Source: Haloferacaceae archaeon (lineage in GTDB: Archaea; Halobacteriota; Halobacteria; Halobacteriales; Haloferacaceae). Taken from it: a stretch of DNA of 64,000 nucleotides. Position numbers and translations under genes: made by a program. Of this stretch, positions 53,390 to 63,063 are shown one piece after another; the stretch's first letter is position 1; each line of letters opens with the position of its first letter. The notes below the pieces were generated by a model. The model was given only the letters and a program-made list of their open reading frames with translations, made no database searches and was not told the origin of the DNA. The stretch covers positions 12,544-76,543 of the forward strand of contig JBDGTB010000037.1 of NCBI GenBank assembly GCA_042217235.1, in the 5' to 3' direction.

Positions 53390-53637
53390 GCGCCCGGAAC
53401 CCGTCGCCCGGCTCCTTTTCGTAGTCGCGTCGCGTGTCCGACGTTCGCCGCCCGTCCGAGCGGCGCGTGAGCCCCATACCGGCGGACGCCCGTCGGCTCG
53501 TCGCCCGCGGGGCGACGCCGGCGGGCGGATCTATCCCGATCGTTGACGATTCATGCAGGTTGATCCCAAAAGATATATTATGCCATGGTACGCTTCGTCA
53601 TTCCGTGTGGCTGCTAGACTCAGGCACACTGTGAAAC

Positions 53638-55218
53638 ATGACGAACGAGAGCAGCCAGAACGGACGATCGGGGAGTAGCGTAAACAGGCGTCGCTTCATC
53701 GCGGCCGCCGGCGCGGCCGGCATCGCCGGCATCGCCGGCTGTTCGGGTGGCGGCGACAGCGGCTCGGGGGGCTCCGGCGGGTCCAGCGGTGGCTCCGGCG
53801 GGTCCAGCGGTGGCTCCGGCGGGTCCAGCGGCGGGTCCGGTTCGGACAGCACCACGACCGGTTCGAGCAGCGGGTCGACGGTCACGCTCCGGGTGTGGTC
53901 CGGGAACATGACCGACGAGCCGTCGAACAAGAAGTACTGGGAGAACGCGATCCAGCGGTTCAACGAGCAGTCCAACGACGTCGAGGTGGACCTGACCGGC
54001 GTGCCCTACGAGAACCAGTTCAAGAAGATCCGCTCGGCGATCCAGGCCGGCGGCGACACCTCGCCGCACCTCAACGAGATCGGCTCCCGGATCGACACGA
54101 TCCAGGCGGCCGACCTCCTGCACCTCAAAGAGGAGGGCCTGTGGGGCCAGTCACAGGTCAAAGAGAAGGTCACCGACGGCGTGCTGAGCCTCAGCGAGAA
54201 CTGGGGGTACCAGGCGACCGGCAAGGAGGGCGCGCTGGCGACGTGGCCGCTCGGGCTCCGGCCGTACATGAGCGTCTTCCGGAAGAACTGGATCGAGGCC
54301 GCGGGCTGGTCCGTCGAGGAGATGGAGAGCAACGGCGCGCCCGGCTGGTACGACGGCGGCGAGTCCTACAGCATGTTCAACGAGCTGTACCCGGACATGA
54401 ACAAAACGGACCTCGCGTCGGGCGACGCCTCGCCGGACACGACCGGCATGAAGGAGGGCGACGAGGAGATCTTCTCGCACTACGCCGGTCAGTGGGGTCT
54501 CACCCTCATGGGCACCCTGAACAACAAGGGGACGCGCTCGATCATGGACACGGAGAAGGCCCGCGACATCATCCGCTTCCAGCAGGAGGGCATCGAGAAG
54601 GGCTACTTCCACCCCAACTCGATCAACCACGGCGACGAGGAGGCGACGACGCTCCTGTGGTCGAACAAGCTCGGATACATCCACGTGCAGGACGTCTCCG
54701 ACCTCTGGTCGAGCTTCCGCGGTCAGCTCGGTGCCGATAGCTACGAACAGAACTGGGGCTGGGACCTGCCGCCGATGGGGCCCGGTTCCGACGGCCAGAA
54801 GTCGACGTACTCCGTGACGCCGGTGTTCGCACCGTTCAAGGCGTCCTACAAGAACCAGGCCCAGAAGGACGCCTCCGTGGAGTTCACCGACTGGTTCGCG
54901 GCCAGCGACACCGAGCCGCTCACGCGGACGAAGAACATCGGCTGGGTGCCGATCGACCCGGCGATCATGACCGGCGACTGGTTCACCCAGGACGACCTCC
55001 ACACCCGGTTCTGGTCGAAGATGAAGACGATCGTCGAGGAGTACTCCGTCTCTGCCCAGCCGGCGGTGCAGGGCGCCTCGAAGATCGGCTTCGAGATCCC
55101 GCGCTCGATGCACCAGCGCATCTTCCAGCAGGGCATGAGCATCGAGAAGGCGACGAACCTCGCCGCCGAGCAGATGAACCAGATCCTCAAGGAGAACGGT
55201 CGCTACGAGCCACGGTAA
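53638..55218 (+). CDS. ABC transporter substrate-binding lipoprotein (Tat signal, family-1 solute-binding)
   Basis: Twin-arginine motif NRRRFI, lipobox IAGC, a Gly/Ser linker, then a large solute-binding domain. Confidence 0.9.
   Translation: MTNESSQNGRSGSSVNRRRFIAAAGAAGIAGIAGCSGGGDSGSGGSGGSSGGSGGSSGGSGGSSGGSGSDSTTTGSSSGSTVTLRVWSGNMTDEPSNKKYWENAIQRFNEQSNDVEVDLTGVPYENQFKKIRSAIQAGGDTSPHLNEIGSRIDTIQAADLLHLKEEGLWGQSQVKEKVTDGVLSLSENWGYQATGKEGALATWPLGLRPYMSVFRKNWIEAAGWSVEEMESNGAPGWYDGGESYSMFNELYPDMNKTDLASGDASPDTTGMKEGDEEIFSHYAGQWGLTLMGTLNNKGTRSIMDTEKARDIIRFQQEGIEKGYFHPNSINHGDEEATTLLWSNKLGYIHVQDVSDLWSSFRGQLGADSYEQNWGWDLPPMGPGSDGQKSTYSVTPVFAPFKASYKNQAQKDASVEFTDWFAASDTEPLTRTKNIGWVPIDPAIMTGDWFTQDDLHTRFWSKMKTIVEEYSVSAQPAVQGASKIGFEIPRSMHQRIFQQGMSIEKATNLAAEQMNQILKENGRYEPR
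53770..53832 (+). repeat. 21-bp in-frame tandem repeat x3 encoding the GSGGSSG linker of the binding protein
   Basis: ggctccggcgggtccagcggt occurs three times in a row. Confidence 0.9.
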
Positions 55219-55285
55219 GGCCGACCGCCCCCGGACCGTTCGGCCCGGCGCGACCCCCCGTCGACGCACCGCCCGAATACCACAG

Positions 55286-55294
55286 TTTTATTTA
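55286..55294 (+). promoter_or_regulatory. TATA box for the 127-aa membrane protein gene
   Basis: ttttattta centred 28 nt upstream of ATG 55318. Confidence 0.5.
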
Positions 55295-55317
55295 GGCATG
55301 CTCGCCTAACAGATTCT

Positions 55318-55701
55318 ATGGCAACGAGTGACAGCCAGTCGTCGGAGTTCCTGAACGACGACATGGTCGATCACCTGGACCGGGTCGCCGCGATCCTGTA
55401 CGCCGTGTTCGCGTTCTCCTTCGCGGGCGGCGTGTTCCTCGACTGGCAGAGCCCGGGCACCGTGGTCGTCGCACCGCTGACGATCTTCAGCAACCCGTCG
55501 AACAGCGGCCTGTTCCTCCTGGGGATCATCCTCCTGTTCCTCGGCTACGCGCTGAGCAAGGCCGCGGACAAGATCGAGGAGATGAACATGGATCACGAGG
55601 ACGAGACCCAGGAGTGGGTCGTCAACATCAAGGGCCTCGACACCGACCCCGGCGCGGGCCGTCGCGAGCGCCGCGAGGAAGAGGCCAAGAGCTCGAACTG
55701 A
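55318..55701 (+). CDS. small two-helix membrane protein following the ABC genes
   Basis: 127 aa with an acidic N-terminus, two hydrophobic segments and a charged tail. ttttattta is centred 28 nt upstream. Confidence 0.6.
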   Translation: MATSDSQSSEFLNDDMVDHLDRVAAILYAVFAFSFAGGVFLDWQSPGTVVVAPLTIFSNPSNSGLFLLGIILLFLGYALSKAADKIEEMNMDHEDETQEWVVNIKGLDTDPGAGRRERREEEAKSSN

Positions 55702-56057
55702 GCGCCACCCCCCTTCTCGACGCTTTCGACCCGGGAGCGGCCGCGCCGCCCCGCGACCGGTCGGTCGGACCGTGCGGCGGTCGACCGCGCGCCGCCTCCG
55801 AGCGTGACCCACGCCGACGAGCGGGACCGCGGCGTCGGCGGTCCGGCGTGCCGTCGCGGGCAGCGAGGGGCGTGCCGGTCACCGTGAAGAAACGTCGTCC
55901 GACCGGCTTGATTCCGGCTCAGATCGCGAGCAATTTTTCTTCTATCCGTCAGTCGTGACCGATCGATCGAGAACGGGGCGTCGGCGTGACCGGGCCCGAC
56001 GTGGGAAGCGGTACCGTCATGCACAGGCATATGGCTCCCCGTCCGCATCGTGGCCGC

Positions 56058-57593
56058 ATGCGAGACGTGATCAGGGACGTGGCGGGGGCGGACGTGCGAC
56101 GGCTCGCCGAGCGATTCGGGATCGAGGTGGGCGAGGCCGACGTGGAGGGCCTGACCGAACGGGTCAACGACCGCCTCGCCGACGGGCTGGACGGGGTGTA
56201 CGAGGTCCCGGTGGCGTCCTCGCCGGCCGACGCCGGCGAGCGGCGCTGGTCGGAGGCGACCGACGAGTACAACGCCCTGAGCGCGACGTGTCACGTGCCG
56301 CCCCGCTCCGACGCCGGCGACCTGCTCGACGGGACGACGGTCGGGCTGAAGGACATCATCGCCGTCGCGGGGGTGCCGATGGGGTGTGCCTCGGGGGCGA
56401 TGCACGGGTTCGTCCCGAGTGCGGACGCGGCGGTGACCGAGCGCCTGCGGGCGGCCGGGGCGACCATCACGGCGAAGACGAACCTCGACGAGTTCGCCGG
56501 CGGCGGGCGGGGCAAGTCGTTCCGCGGGCTGATACGCAACCCCGACGACGAGGACCGCATCGCGGGGGGCTCCTCCGGCGGGTCGGCCGCCGCCGTCGCG
56601 GCCGGCCTCGTCGACGTCGCGCTCGGGACCGACACCGGCGGGTCCGTGCGGAAGCCGGCGACGTTCTGCCGACTCGTCGGGCTGAAGCCCACCTACGGGC
56701 TCGTGTCGCTGACCGGGGTGATCGAGAACACGTACACGCTCGACCACGTCGGGCCGATCGCCGACTCGGTCGTCGACGCGGCCCGGGTGCTGGAGGCGGT
56801 CGCCGGCCGCGACGAGCGCGACCCCGCGAGCATGGCGGCGGCCGGGCGCGACCGCTACCGGGTCGGCGGCTACGTCGACGCGGCCCGGTCGCCGCCGCCG
56901 GTCGAGGATCTCCACCTCGCCGTGGCGACCCAGGGCGTCGAGGACGACATCGACGAGACCGTGACGCGGCGCCACCGCGCGGCGCTCGACCGGATCGAGG
57001 CGGCCGGTGCGACCCTCGAGCGCGTCGCGATCCCCCACCTCGACGCCACCAAGCACCTCAAGAACGTCCTGAGCTACGTCGAACTCGCGGCCTACTGGCG
57101 CGACGGCGGCGCGCCGGTGCGCCGGGGCGGCGTCGTCGACGACTTCGACCAGGTGGGCTTCGCGCGCCGGGCGCGAACCGGCAGCGCCGAGGTCAACGAC
57201 TTCTACCGGAGTCGACTGCTCGCCGGCGCCCGGCTGCTCGAGGCCAACGACGGCCGCCACTACACGCGCGCACACGCCGCGCGACGGGCGCTGCGCGACG
57301 AGCTGACCGACCGCCTCGACGGGGTCGACGCGATCCTGACGCCGACCTCGCCCTACCTCGCGCCGACCGTCGAGCGCGTCACCGACCCCGAGTTCGACCC
57401 CGACGGCCTCGACCGCGAGTTCGGCTACGGGCGATACTCCAAGGTCGGCAACGTCACCGGCCTCCCGTCGCTGACGGTCCCCAACGAGAGCGAGGACGGC
57501 CCGGCCGTCGGTCTCCAGCTGGTCGGGGGGCCGTTCGAGGAGGCGACGCTGTTGGCCGCCGCCGAGCGGATCGAGGCGACGGTCGCCGGGTAG
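56058..57593 (+). CDS. amidase (amidase-signature family, GatA-like)
   Basis: GLKDIIAVAG (catalytic Lys region) and GGSSGGSAAAVAAG...GTDTGGSVRKPA signature. Start at MRDVIRD is favoured; the track ORF opens at 55986. Confidence 0.88.
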   Translation: MRDVIRDVAGADVRRLAERFGIEVGEADVEGLTERVNDRLADGLDGVYEVPVASSPADAGERRWSEATDEYNALSATCHVPPRSDAGDLLDGTTVGLKDIIAVAGVPMGCASGAMHGFVPSADAAVTERLRAAGATITAKTNLDEFAGGGRGKSFRGLIRNPDDEDRIAGGSSGGSAAAVAAGLVDVALGTDTGGSVRKPATFCRLVGLKPTYGLVSLTGVIENTYTLDHVGPIADSVVDAARVLEAVAGRDERDPASMAAAGRDRYRVGGYVDAARSPPPVEDLHLAVATQGVEDDIDETVTRRHRAALDRIEAAGATLERVAIPHLDATKHLKNVLSYVELAAYWRDGGAPVRRGGVVDDFDQVGFARRARTGSAEVNDFYRSRLLAGARLLEANDGRHYTRAHAARRALRDELTDRLDGVDAILTPTSPYLAPTVERVTDPEFDPDGLDREFGYGRYSKVGNVTGLPSLTVPNESEDGPAVGLQLVGGPFEEATLLAAAERIEATVAG

Positions 57594-57747
57594 CGCGACC
57601 GACCCGTCGCGCGTCGGCCGCCGACGCCGACGACCCCCCGACCACGGGCTGAGCGACGTGGGGCGACCTCCCGTCCACGCGGGGCGAACTTCCGGTAGCA
57701 CCGTCGGGCGACGGTGGACTTACGTCGCCGCCCGCACCTCTCCCACC

Positions 57748-58812
57748 GTGACCCGAACGATCGCCTGTCTCGACGGGTTCGATCCGGCGTACCTCGACGC
57801 GACCGACACGCCGGCGTGGGACGACCTCGCGGCTGAGGGCGTCGCCGGCACCTGCGAGGGGCTGGTGCCGAGCCTGACGAACGTCAACAACGTCGGCATC
57901 GTGACCGGCGCGTTCCCGGACGGGAACGGGATCACCGGCAACACCTTCTACGACCGCGAGCGCGGCGAGCGGGTGTACATGGAGGACCCCTCGTTCCTGC
58001 GCTGCGAGACGCGGCTCGCACGGGCCGCGGGCGAGGGCGCGGACGTCGTCGCCCTCGTCTGCAAGGAGAAGCTCCGGCGGATGGTCGGCCAGGGCGACGG
58101 CGTCGAGGCGGCGAGCGCCGAGGAGCCGCCCGCGGACCTCGTCGACGCCGTCGGCGAGGCGCCGGACATCTACTCCGGCGAGGCGAGCGCGTGGCTGTTC
58201 GACGCCGCGGTCCACGTCGCCGAGACGCGCGCCCCCGACGTGTTGTACGTCTCGACGACCGACGTGGTGCCGCACAAGCACGCGCCCGGTTCCGACGCGG
58301 CCGAGGAGTGGGTCCGGGCGCTCGATTCGGGGCTCGGCCGCCTGCGCGAGCACGGCCACGTCGTCGCCACCGCGGACCACGGGATGAACGAGAAGACCCG
58401 CCGCGTCGACCTGGCCGCCGTCCTCGACGACGCCGGCGTCGAGAGCGAGGTGGTGCGGCTGATCCGCGACCGCCACACCTACCACCACCGGAACCTCGGC
58501 GGCGCGGCGTACGTGTACGCCGACGACGCCGACGGCGCGCGGGCGGCGATGGCCGACCTCCCGGGCGTCGACGAGGTCCTCGGTGCCGAGGCGGCCGCCG
58601 ACCGCTTCCGGCTCCCGCTCGACCGGATCGGCGACCTGCTCGTGCTCGGCGACCCGGCGACCGCGTTCGGGCCGATCGACGGCCCCGAGACGGTCGACTC
58701 GGTGTCGCTGCGCTCGCACGGCGCCCACCACGAGCGCCGGGTGCCCTACGTCGCCTCGACGGGCGCCGAGATGGAGTACAACAACGACGCGTTCGACGCC
58801 GCCCTCGACTAG
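57748..58812 (+). CDS. alkaline-phosphatase-superfamily (NPP-type) hydrolase, phosphonoacetate-hydrolase (PhnA)-like
   Basis: IACLDGFDPAY, PSLTNVNNVGIVTG, YVSTTDVVPHKHAPG, TADHGMN, DRIGDLLVLG and LRSHGA are colinear with my recollection of bacterial PhnA. The GTG start at 57748 is inferred; the track ORF opens at 57658. Confidence 0.65.
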   Translation: MTRTIACLDGFDPAYLDATDTPAWDDLAAEGVAGTCEGLVPSLTNVNNVGIVTGAFPDGNGITGNTFYDRERGERVYMEDPSFLRCETRLARAAGEGADVVALVCKEKLRRMVGQGDGVEAASAEEPPADLVDAVGEAPDIYSGEASAWLFDAAVHVAETRAPDVLYVSTTDVVPHKHAPGSDAAEEWVRALDSGLGRLREHGHVVATADHGMNEKTRRVDLAAVLDDAGVESEVVRLIRDRHTYHHRNLGGAAYVYADDADGARAAMADLPGVDEVLGAEAAADRFRLPLDRIGDLLVLGDPATAFGPIDGPETVDSVSLRSHGAHHERRVPYVASTGAEMEYNNDAFDAALD

Positions 58813-58903
58813 CACCGGCCGCGACGGGCGTCCGGACGAGCAGAGCGGGATCAGGTGGGCGAACGCCGAAAACGAGGGAACGCGCGCCGGCCGGAGGATC
58901 CGC

Positions 58904-60157
58904 TCAGGACGGGATACCGCCCTCCTCCCGGAGCGCGGCGATGTCCTCGTCGCCGTAGCCGAGCTCGCGGAGGACGGCCTCGGTGTCCTCGCCGAGCAGC
59001 GGCGGCGGCCCCTCGAAGCCGGACTCGGCGTTGCGGAAGTTGAGCGGGTGTTCGAGCACCTCTATCGTCCCTGCGGTCGGGTGCTCCATCTCGCGGACCA
59101 CGCCGCGGGCCTCGGTCTGCTCGCTGTCGAGCGCCTCGTTGACCGTGTTCACCGGGCCGACCGGGAGGCCGTGCTCGTCGGCGAGCAGGTCGACCCACTC
59201 GTCGGTGGGGCGCTGTCGGAACACCTCGGAGAGCTCCGCCTCCAGCTCCTCCATGTGCTCGACCCGGGCCGGGTTCGACTCGAAGCGCTCGTCCTCGGCG
59301 AGGTCCGGGCGGTCGATCGCCTCGCACAGCCCCCGCCAGAGCTTCTCGTTCGCACAGCCGACGTTGAGGTAGCCGTCCGCGGTCGGGTAGGCCTGGTACG
59401 GCGCGAGCACCGGGTCCTTGGTGCCCATCCGGCCGGGCGTCTCGCCGACGAACGCCTTCCCCGCCTGCTTGGTGAGCCACGGGAGCGCGGCGTCGTGCAT
59501 CCCGATCTCGATCCGGTCGCCCTCCCCCGTCAGCTCCCGCCGGAGGAGCGCGCCGGTGACGCCGAAGGCGGCCCACATCGCCGTGATGAGGTCGGTCTGG
59601 GGGAGGCCCACCTTGCACGGGTCGCCGTCCTCGGGGCCGGTGACGGACATGATCCCGCTGGTGCCCTGGACGAGCAGGTCGTAGCCCGGGCGGGCGGCCC
59701 ACGGCCCGGTCTCGCCGTACGCCGAGATCGAACAGTAGACGACGTCCTCGTTCACCTCGCTGACGTCCTCGTAGCCGACGCCGATGCGCTCGGCGGTGCC
59801 CGGCCGGAAGTTCTCGATGAACACGTCGGCCTCGCTCACGAGGTCGAGCAGGGCCGCGTGGCCCGCCTCCGTCTTCAGGTCGAACTCGACGCTCCGCTTG
59901 TCGTAGTTGACGGTCCAGAAGTACGGCGACTCGCCGTTCTCGTCTGCGGTCCGCCCGGGGCCGTCGTAGGACTCGTCGGCCGGGACGAAGGGCGGACCGG
60001 AGTGGCGGTTGTCGTCGCCGACGCCGGGTCGCTCGACTTTGATGACCTCTGCGCCCTGGTTGGCGAGCATCGTCGAGGCGAAGCCGCCGGTGACGAACGT
60101 CGTCAGGTCGACGACGGTCACGCCGTCGAGGAACTTCGCCGGTGACTCGGCTGGCAT
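58904..60157 (-). CDS. family III (CaiB/BaiF) CoA-transferase
   Basis: LDGVTVVDLTTFVTGGFASTMLANQGAEVIKVERP N-terminus. Start at MPAESPAKF was placed by counting codons in track ORF 58904..60433. Confidence 0.88.
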   Translation of the reverse strand: MPAESPAKFLDGVTVVDLTTFVTGGFASTMLANQGAEVIKVERPGVGDDNRHSGPPFVPADESYDGPGRTADENGESPYFWTVNYDKRSVEFDLKTEAGHAALLDLVSEADVFIENFRPGTAERIGVGYEDVSEVNEDVVYCSISAYGETGPWAARPGYDLLVQGTSGIMSVTGPEDGDPCKVGLPQTDLITAMWAAFGVTGALLRRELTGEGDRIEIGMHDAALPWLTKQAGKAFVGETPGRMGTKDPVLAPYQAYPTADGYLNVGCANEKLWRGLCEAIDRPDLAEDERFESNPARVEHMEELEAELSEVFRQRPTDEWVDLLADEHGLPVGPVNTVNEALDSEQTEARGVVREMEHPTAGTIEVLEHPLNFRNAESGFEGPPPLLGEDTEAVLRELGYGDEDIAALREEGGIPS

Positions 60158-60514
60158 ACCCGCCCCCACGCGGCGGGGCGTGTAAGTCCTTGCGTCACGC
60201 GACGGCGGCGTCCCGTCGAACGGCGGGGCCGAACCGACCCCGACCGCCGCGGGCTCCACCGTCCCGCCGGGCGAGCGTCGCGCGGGCCGTGTCCTCGCCG
60301 GCCCCAGCGGCGCAAGCGCGTTCTCGCCCCCCTCGGCCGCGAAAGCGCGTCCGCGCCGGCTCCGGCCGCGCAATCGTTCCCGGTCCGGTGTCGGCCGCAC
60401 AGGCGATGCCGGCCGCGGTTTCCGGGGAGCCACGGTTCAAGTGTGCGCGGCCCCGCGGGGGTCCATGATGTCGGAACCGACCGCACGACCGTCGCCGGCG
60501 CCGCGTCGTCCCCG

Positions 60515-61699
60515 ATGACGGAGGAGACGAACGAGTCGCTCGTCGGGGGGTACGCCGGGCGCCTGCTCGGGATCGTCTCGGTCGGCTGGCTGACGTTCCA
60601 GGGGGGTCGCCTACTGCTCCCGCCGCTCCTCCCGCAGATCATCGAGACCCTCGAGGTGACGCCGTTCGCGGCCGGGGTCGGCATCTCGACGCTCTGGGGC
60701 TGTTACGCCCTGCTCCAGTACCCGAGCGGCCGCCTCTCGGACCGGCTGTCCCGCAAGACGCTGCTCGTCGCCGGGCTCGGGTTCGGGGCCGCGGGCTTTG
60801 CCCTGCTGTCGACCGCGGTCGTCTACCCCGTCTTCCTGTTCGCCGCCGCGGTCGTCGGCGTCGGATCGGGGCTGTACCCGACGGCGGCGCGGGCGCTCAT
60901 CTCCGACCACTTCGAGGAGAAGCGCGCCGCCGCGTTCGGCCTCCACATCGCCTCGGGCGACCTCGGCGGCGGGGTCGCCGCGGGCGCGGCCGTCGTCGTC
61001 CTCGCGGTGGCGACCTGGCAGTCGGCGTTCCTCCCGGTCGCCGCCCTCCTCGGGGCGGTCGCACTGGCCGTCCACCTCCACGCGCGAGAGCCCTACGAGG
61101 TCCGGAGCGTCGACCTCGACGTGCGCGGCGCGACCCGTCGCGTCGCCGCCCAGCGGCGCCTGCGCTGGCTCATCCTCGCCTACATGGGATTTGCTTTCAG
61201 CTGGCAGGCGACCGCCGGCTTCCTCCCGACCTTCCTCCAGGTGTCGAAGGGGCTGTCGCCGGCGCTCGCCTCCACCGGCTTCGCCAGCCTGTTCGTGGTC
61301 GGCGCGGCCGTCAAGCCGGTCGCCGGACGGGTCGGCGACGGCCGCCGCAAGCCACTCGTCGCCGCCGGGGTGCTCGGCTTCGGCGCGCTCGGCCTCCTCG
61401 CGCTTCTCCTCGTCGAGGGGACGGTCCCCGTCCTCGCGGCGACGGTCGCGTACGCCGTCGGCCTGATGGGCTACCCGCCGGTGATGCAGTCCTACCTGAT
61501 GGACGTGTTCCCCGAGTCGAGCCGGGGCGCCGACCTCGGCTACGTCCGCACACTCTACATCGGCGTCGGAGCCGTCGGCCCCGCCTACGTCGGCTTCGTC
61601 GCGGGGCGGGCGAGCTACGTCGCCGCGTTCGCGTCGATCGTCTGCCTGATCGCCGTCTCGGCGTCGATCATCGCGTGGCGGTCGCTCGCGGGGGACTGA
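60515..61699 (+). CDS. MFS transporter
   Basis: LLQYPSGRLSDRLS motif and polytopic. Start at MTEETNES within the track ORF from 60443. Confidence 0.85.
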   Translation: MTEETNESLVGGYAGRLLGIVSVGWLTFQGGRLLLPPLLPQIIETLEVTPFAAGVGISTLWGCYALLQYPSGRLSDRLSRKTLLVAGLGFGAAGFALLSTAVVYPVFLFAAAVVGVGSGLYPTAARALISDHFEEKRAAAFGLHIASGDLGGGVAAGAAVVVLAVATWQSAFLPVAALLGAVALAVHLHAREPYEVRSVDLDVRGATRRVAAQRRLRWLILAYMGFAFSWQATAGFLPTFLQVSKGLSPALASTGFASLFVVGAAVKPVAGRVGDGRRKPLVAAGVLGFGALGLLALLLVEGTVPVLAATVAYAVGLMGYPPVMQSYLMDVFPESSRGADLGYVRTLYIGVGAVGPAYVGFVAGRASYVAAFASIVCLIAVSASIIAWRSLAGD

Positions 61700-61714
61700 G
61701 GACGGGCAGCGCGC

Positions 61715-62686
61715 TCACCGCTCCGCCGGGTTGGCGTCCTCCCGTCCCCGCGTCGCCGCCCGCGCCCGCAACAGCGCGACCACCCGCTCGTCGCGCCGCC
61801 GGACCGCCGCCGAGGGCGACTCGTCGTACTCGTGAAAGCCCGCGCCGTCGGCCACGCCGTCGCGTGCCGCCTCGACGCGGTCGTCGAACAGCCGGGAGGG
61901 CTCCTCGGCGTCCGACAGGTGGGGGTAGAGGTCCGCCGCGATGTCGCGAAAGAGCGCGACGCTGGAGAGGTCGGCCGTCTCGAACGGGCCGACCGCGGCG
62001 GTTCGGAGCGCGTAGCCGTCGCGCACCGCCCGCTCGACGTCAGCGAGCGAGGCGACCCCCGACTCGACGAGGTGTGCACACTCCCGGAGCACCGCGAACT
62101 GGACCCGGTTCCAGACGAAGCCCGGGACGTCCCGCTCGACGACGATGGGGGTCCGGTCGAGCGCCTCGACGACCGCCGCGGTCCGGTCGACGACGGCGTC
62201 GGCGGTGCGCTCGCCCCGGACCACCTCGACGGTGGGCAGGAGGTAGGGCGGGTTCCACCAGTGACAGCCGACGACCCGCTCGGCCGCGGCGGGCACCGTC
62301 GCCGCCACGTCCGTCACCGGGATGCCGGAGGTGTTGGTCGCGAGGACCGCGTCGGCGGGCGCCGCGTCGGCCGCCGTCCCGAACACTTCGGCTTTCACGT
62401 CGAGGTCCTCGGACACCGACTCCAGCACGAAGTCGGCGTCCGCGACCGCTCCGGCGAGGTCGAGCGCGTCGTCGATCCGGTCGCGGACGGCGTCCGGGTC
62501 GGCGTCGAGGAGCCCCTCCTCGTCGAGGAAGGCGAGCGCGTCGTCGACGGCGCCGGCGGCCGCGTCGAGGTTCGCCCGCCGGTGGTCGACGAGCGTCACC
62601 CGGGGGCCGTGCCGCGCGAACTGCACCGCGAGGCCGGGGCCCATCGTCCCCGCGCCGACGACGACCACGCGCTCGACGCCGCTCAT
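61715..62686 (-). CDS. 3-hydroxyacyl-CoA dehydrogenase family protein
   Basis: VVVVGAGTMGPGLA Rossmann motif, NTSGIPV, and HWWNPPYLLPTVEVV. It is the C-terminal part of track ORF 61715..63907. Confidence 0.88.
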   Translation of the reverse strand: MSGVERVVVVGAGTMGPGLAVQFARHGPRVTLVDHRRANLDAAAGAVDDALAFLDEEGLLDADPDAVRDRIDDALDLAGAVADADFVLESVSEDLDVKAEVFGTAADAAPADAVLATNTSGIPVTDVAATVPAAAERVVGCHWWNPPYLLPTVEVVRGERTADAVVDRTAAVVEALDRTPIVVERDVPGFVWNRVQFAVLRECAHLVESGVASLADVERAVRDGYALRTAAVGPFETADLSSVALFRDIAADLYPHLSDAEEPSRLFDDRVEAARDGVADGAGFHEYDESPSAAVRRRDERVVALLRARAATRGREDANPAER

Positions 62687-63063
62687 CCCGTCTCGACGAG
62701 TTCGCAGACGTACCCCTCCGGGTCGCGGACGAACGCGACCCGCGCGTCGCCGGCCGGCTCGACGGTCATCGGCGCCTCCTCGACCGTCGGGTCGTGGGAG
62801 TCGACGAGCGACGCGAAGGCCTCGTCGACGTCCTCGACCCCGACCGCGAGGTGGTCGAGGCCGGTGCCGTGCTCGACCGGGTCGGACCGCTCGGGGTCGT
62901 ACTTGAACTGGATCTCGCCGTGGTCGCCGCCGACGTAGTGGTTCTCGACGCCGCGGAACGTGAACGACCGCGTCTTCGTCAGCCCGACTCCCTCGACGTA
63001 GAAGTCGAGCATCGCGTCCAGGTCGCGCACGTGAACCGCCGTGTGGATGGCGTCCGGTGCCAT
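62683..63063 (-). CDS. VOC (glyoxalase/bleomycin-resistance/dioxygenase) family protein
   Basis: 126 aa with HTAVHVRDLD...GLDHLAVGV...FVRDPEGYVCELV. Its stop overlaps the downstream ATG (ATGA). Confidence 0.85.
   Translation of the reverse strand: MAPDAIHTAVHVRDLDAMLDFYVEGVGLTKTRSFTFRGVENHYVGGDHGEIQFKYDPERSDPVEHGTGLDHLAVGVEDVDEAFASLVDSHDPTVEEAPMTVEPAGDARVAFVRDPEGYVCELVETG

Noticed and set aside
53770-53832. Short regularly spaced repeats that might suggest a CRISPR array (also 6837..6904)
   Set aside because: They are contiguous in-frame tandem repeats without spacers, inside well-supported coding sequences (a Gly/Ser linker and the MutL acidic linker).
60141-60430. Apparent 1-nt disagreement between my manual base counting and the ORF-track frames near the CoA-transferase start
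   Set aside because: - It is most likely my own counting error in a long GC-rich stretch, not a frameshift.
- Both track ORFs (58904..60433 and 60142..60468) are self-consistent, so coordinates here were derived from the track frames.
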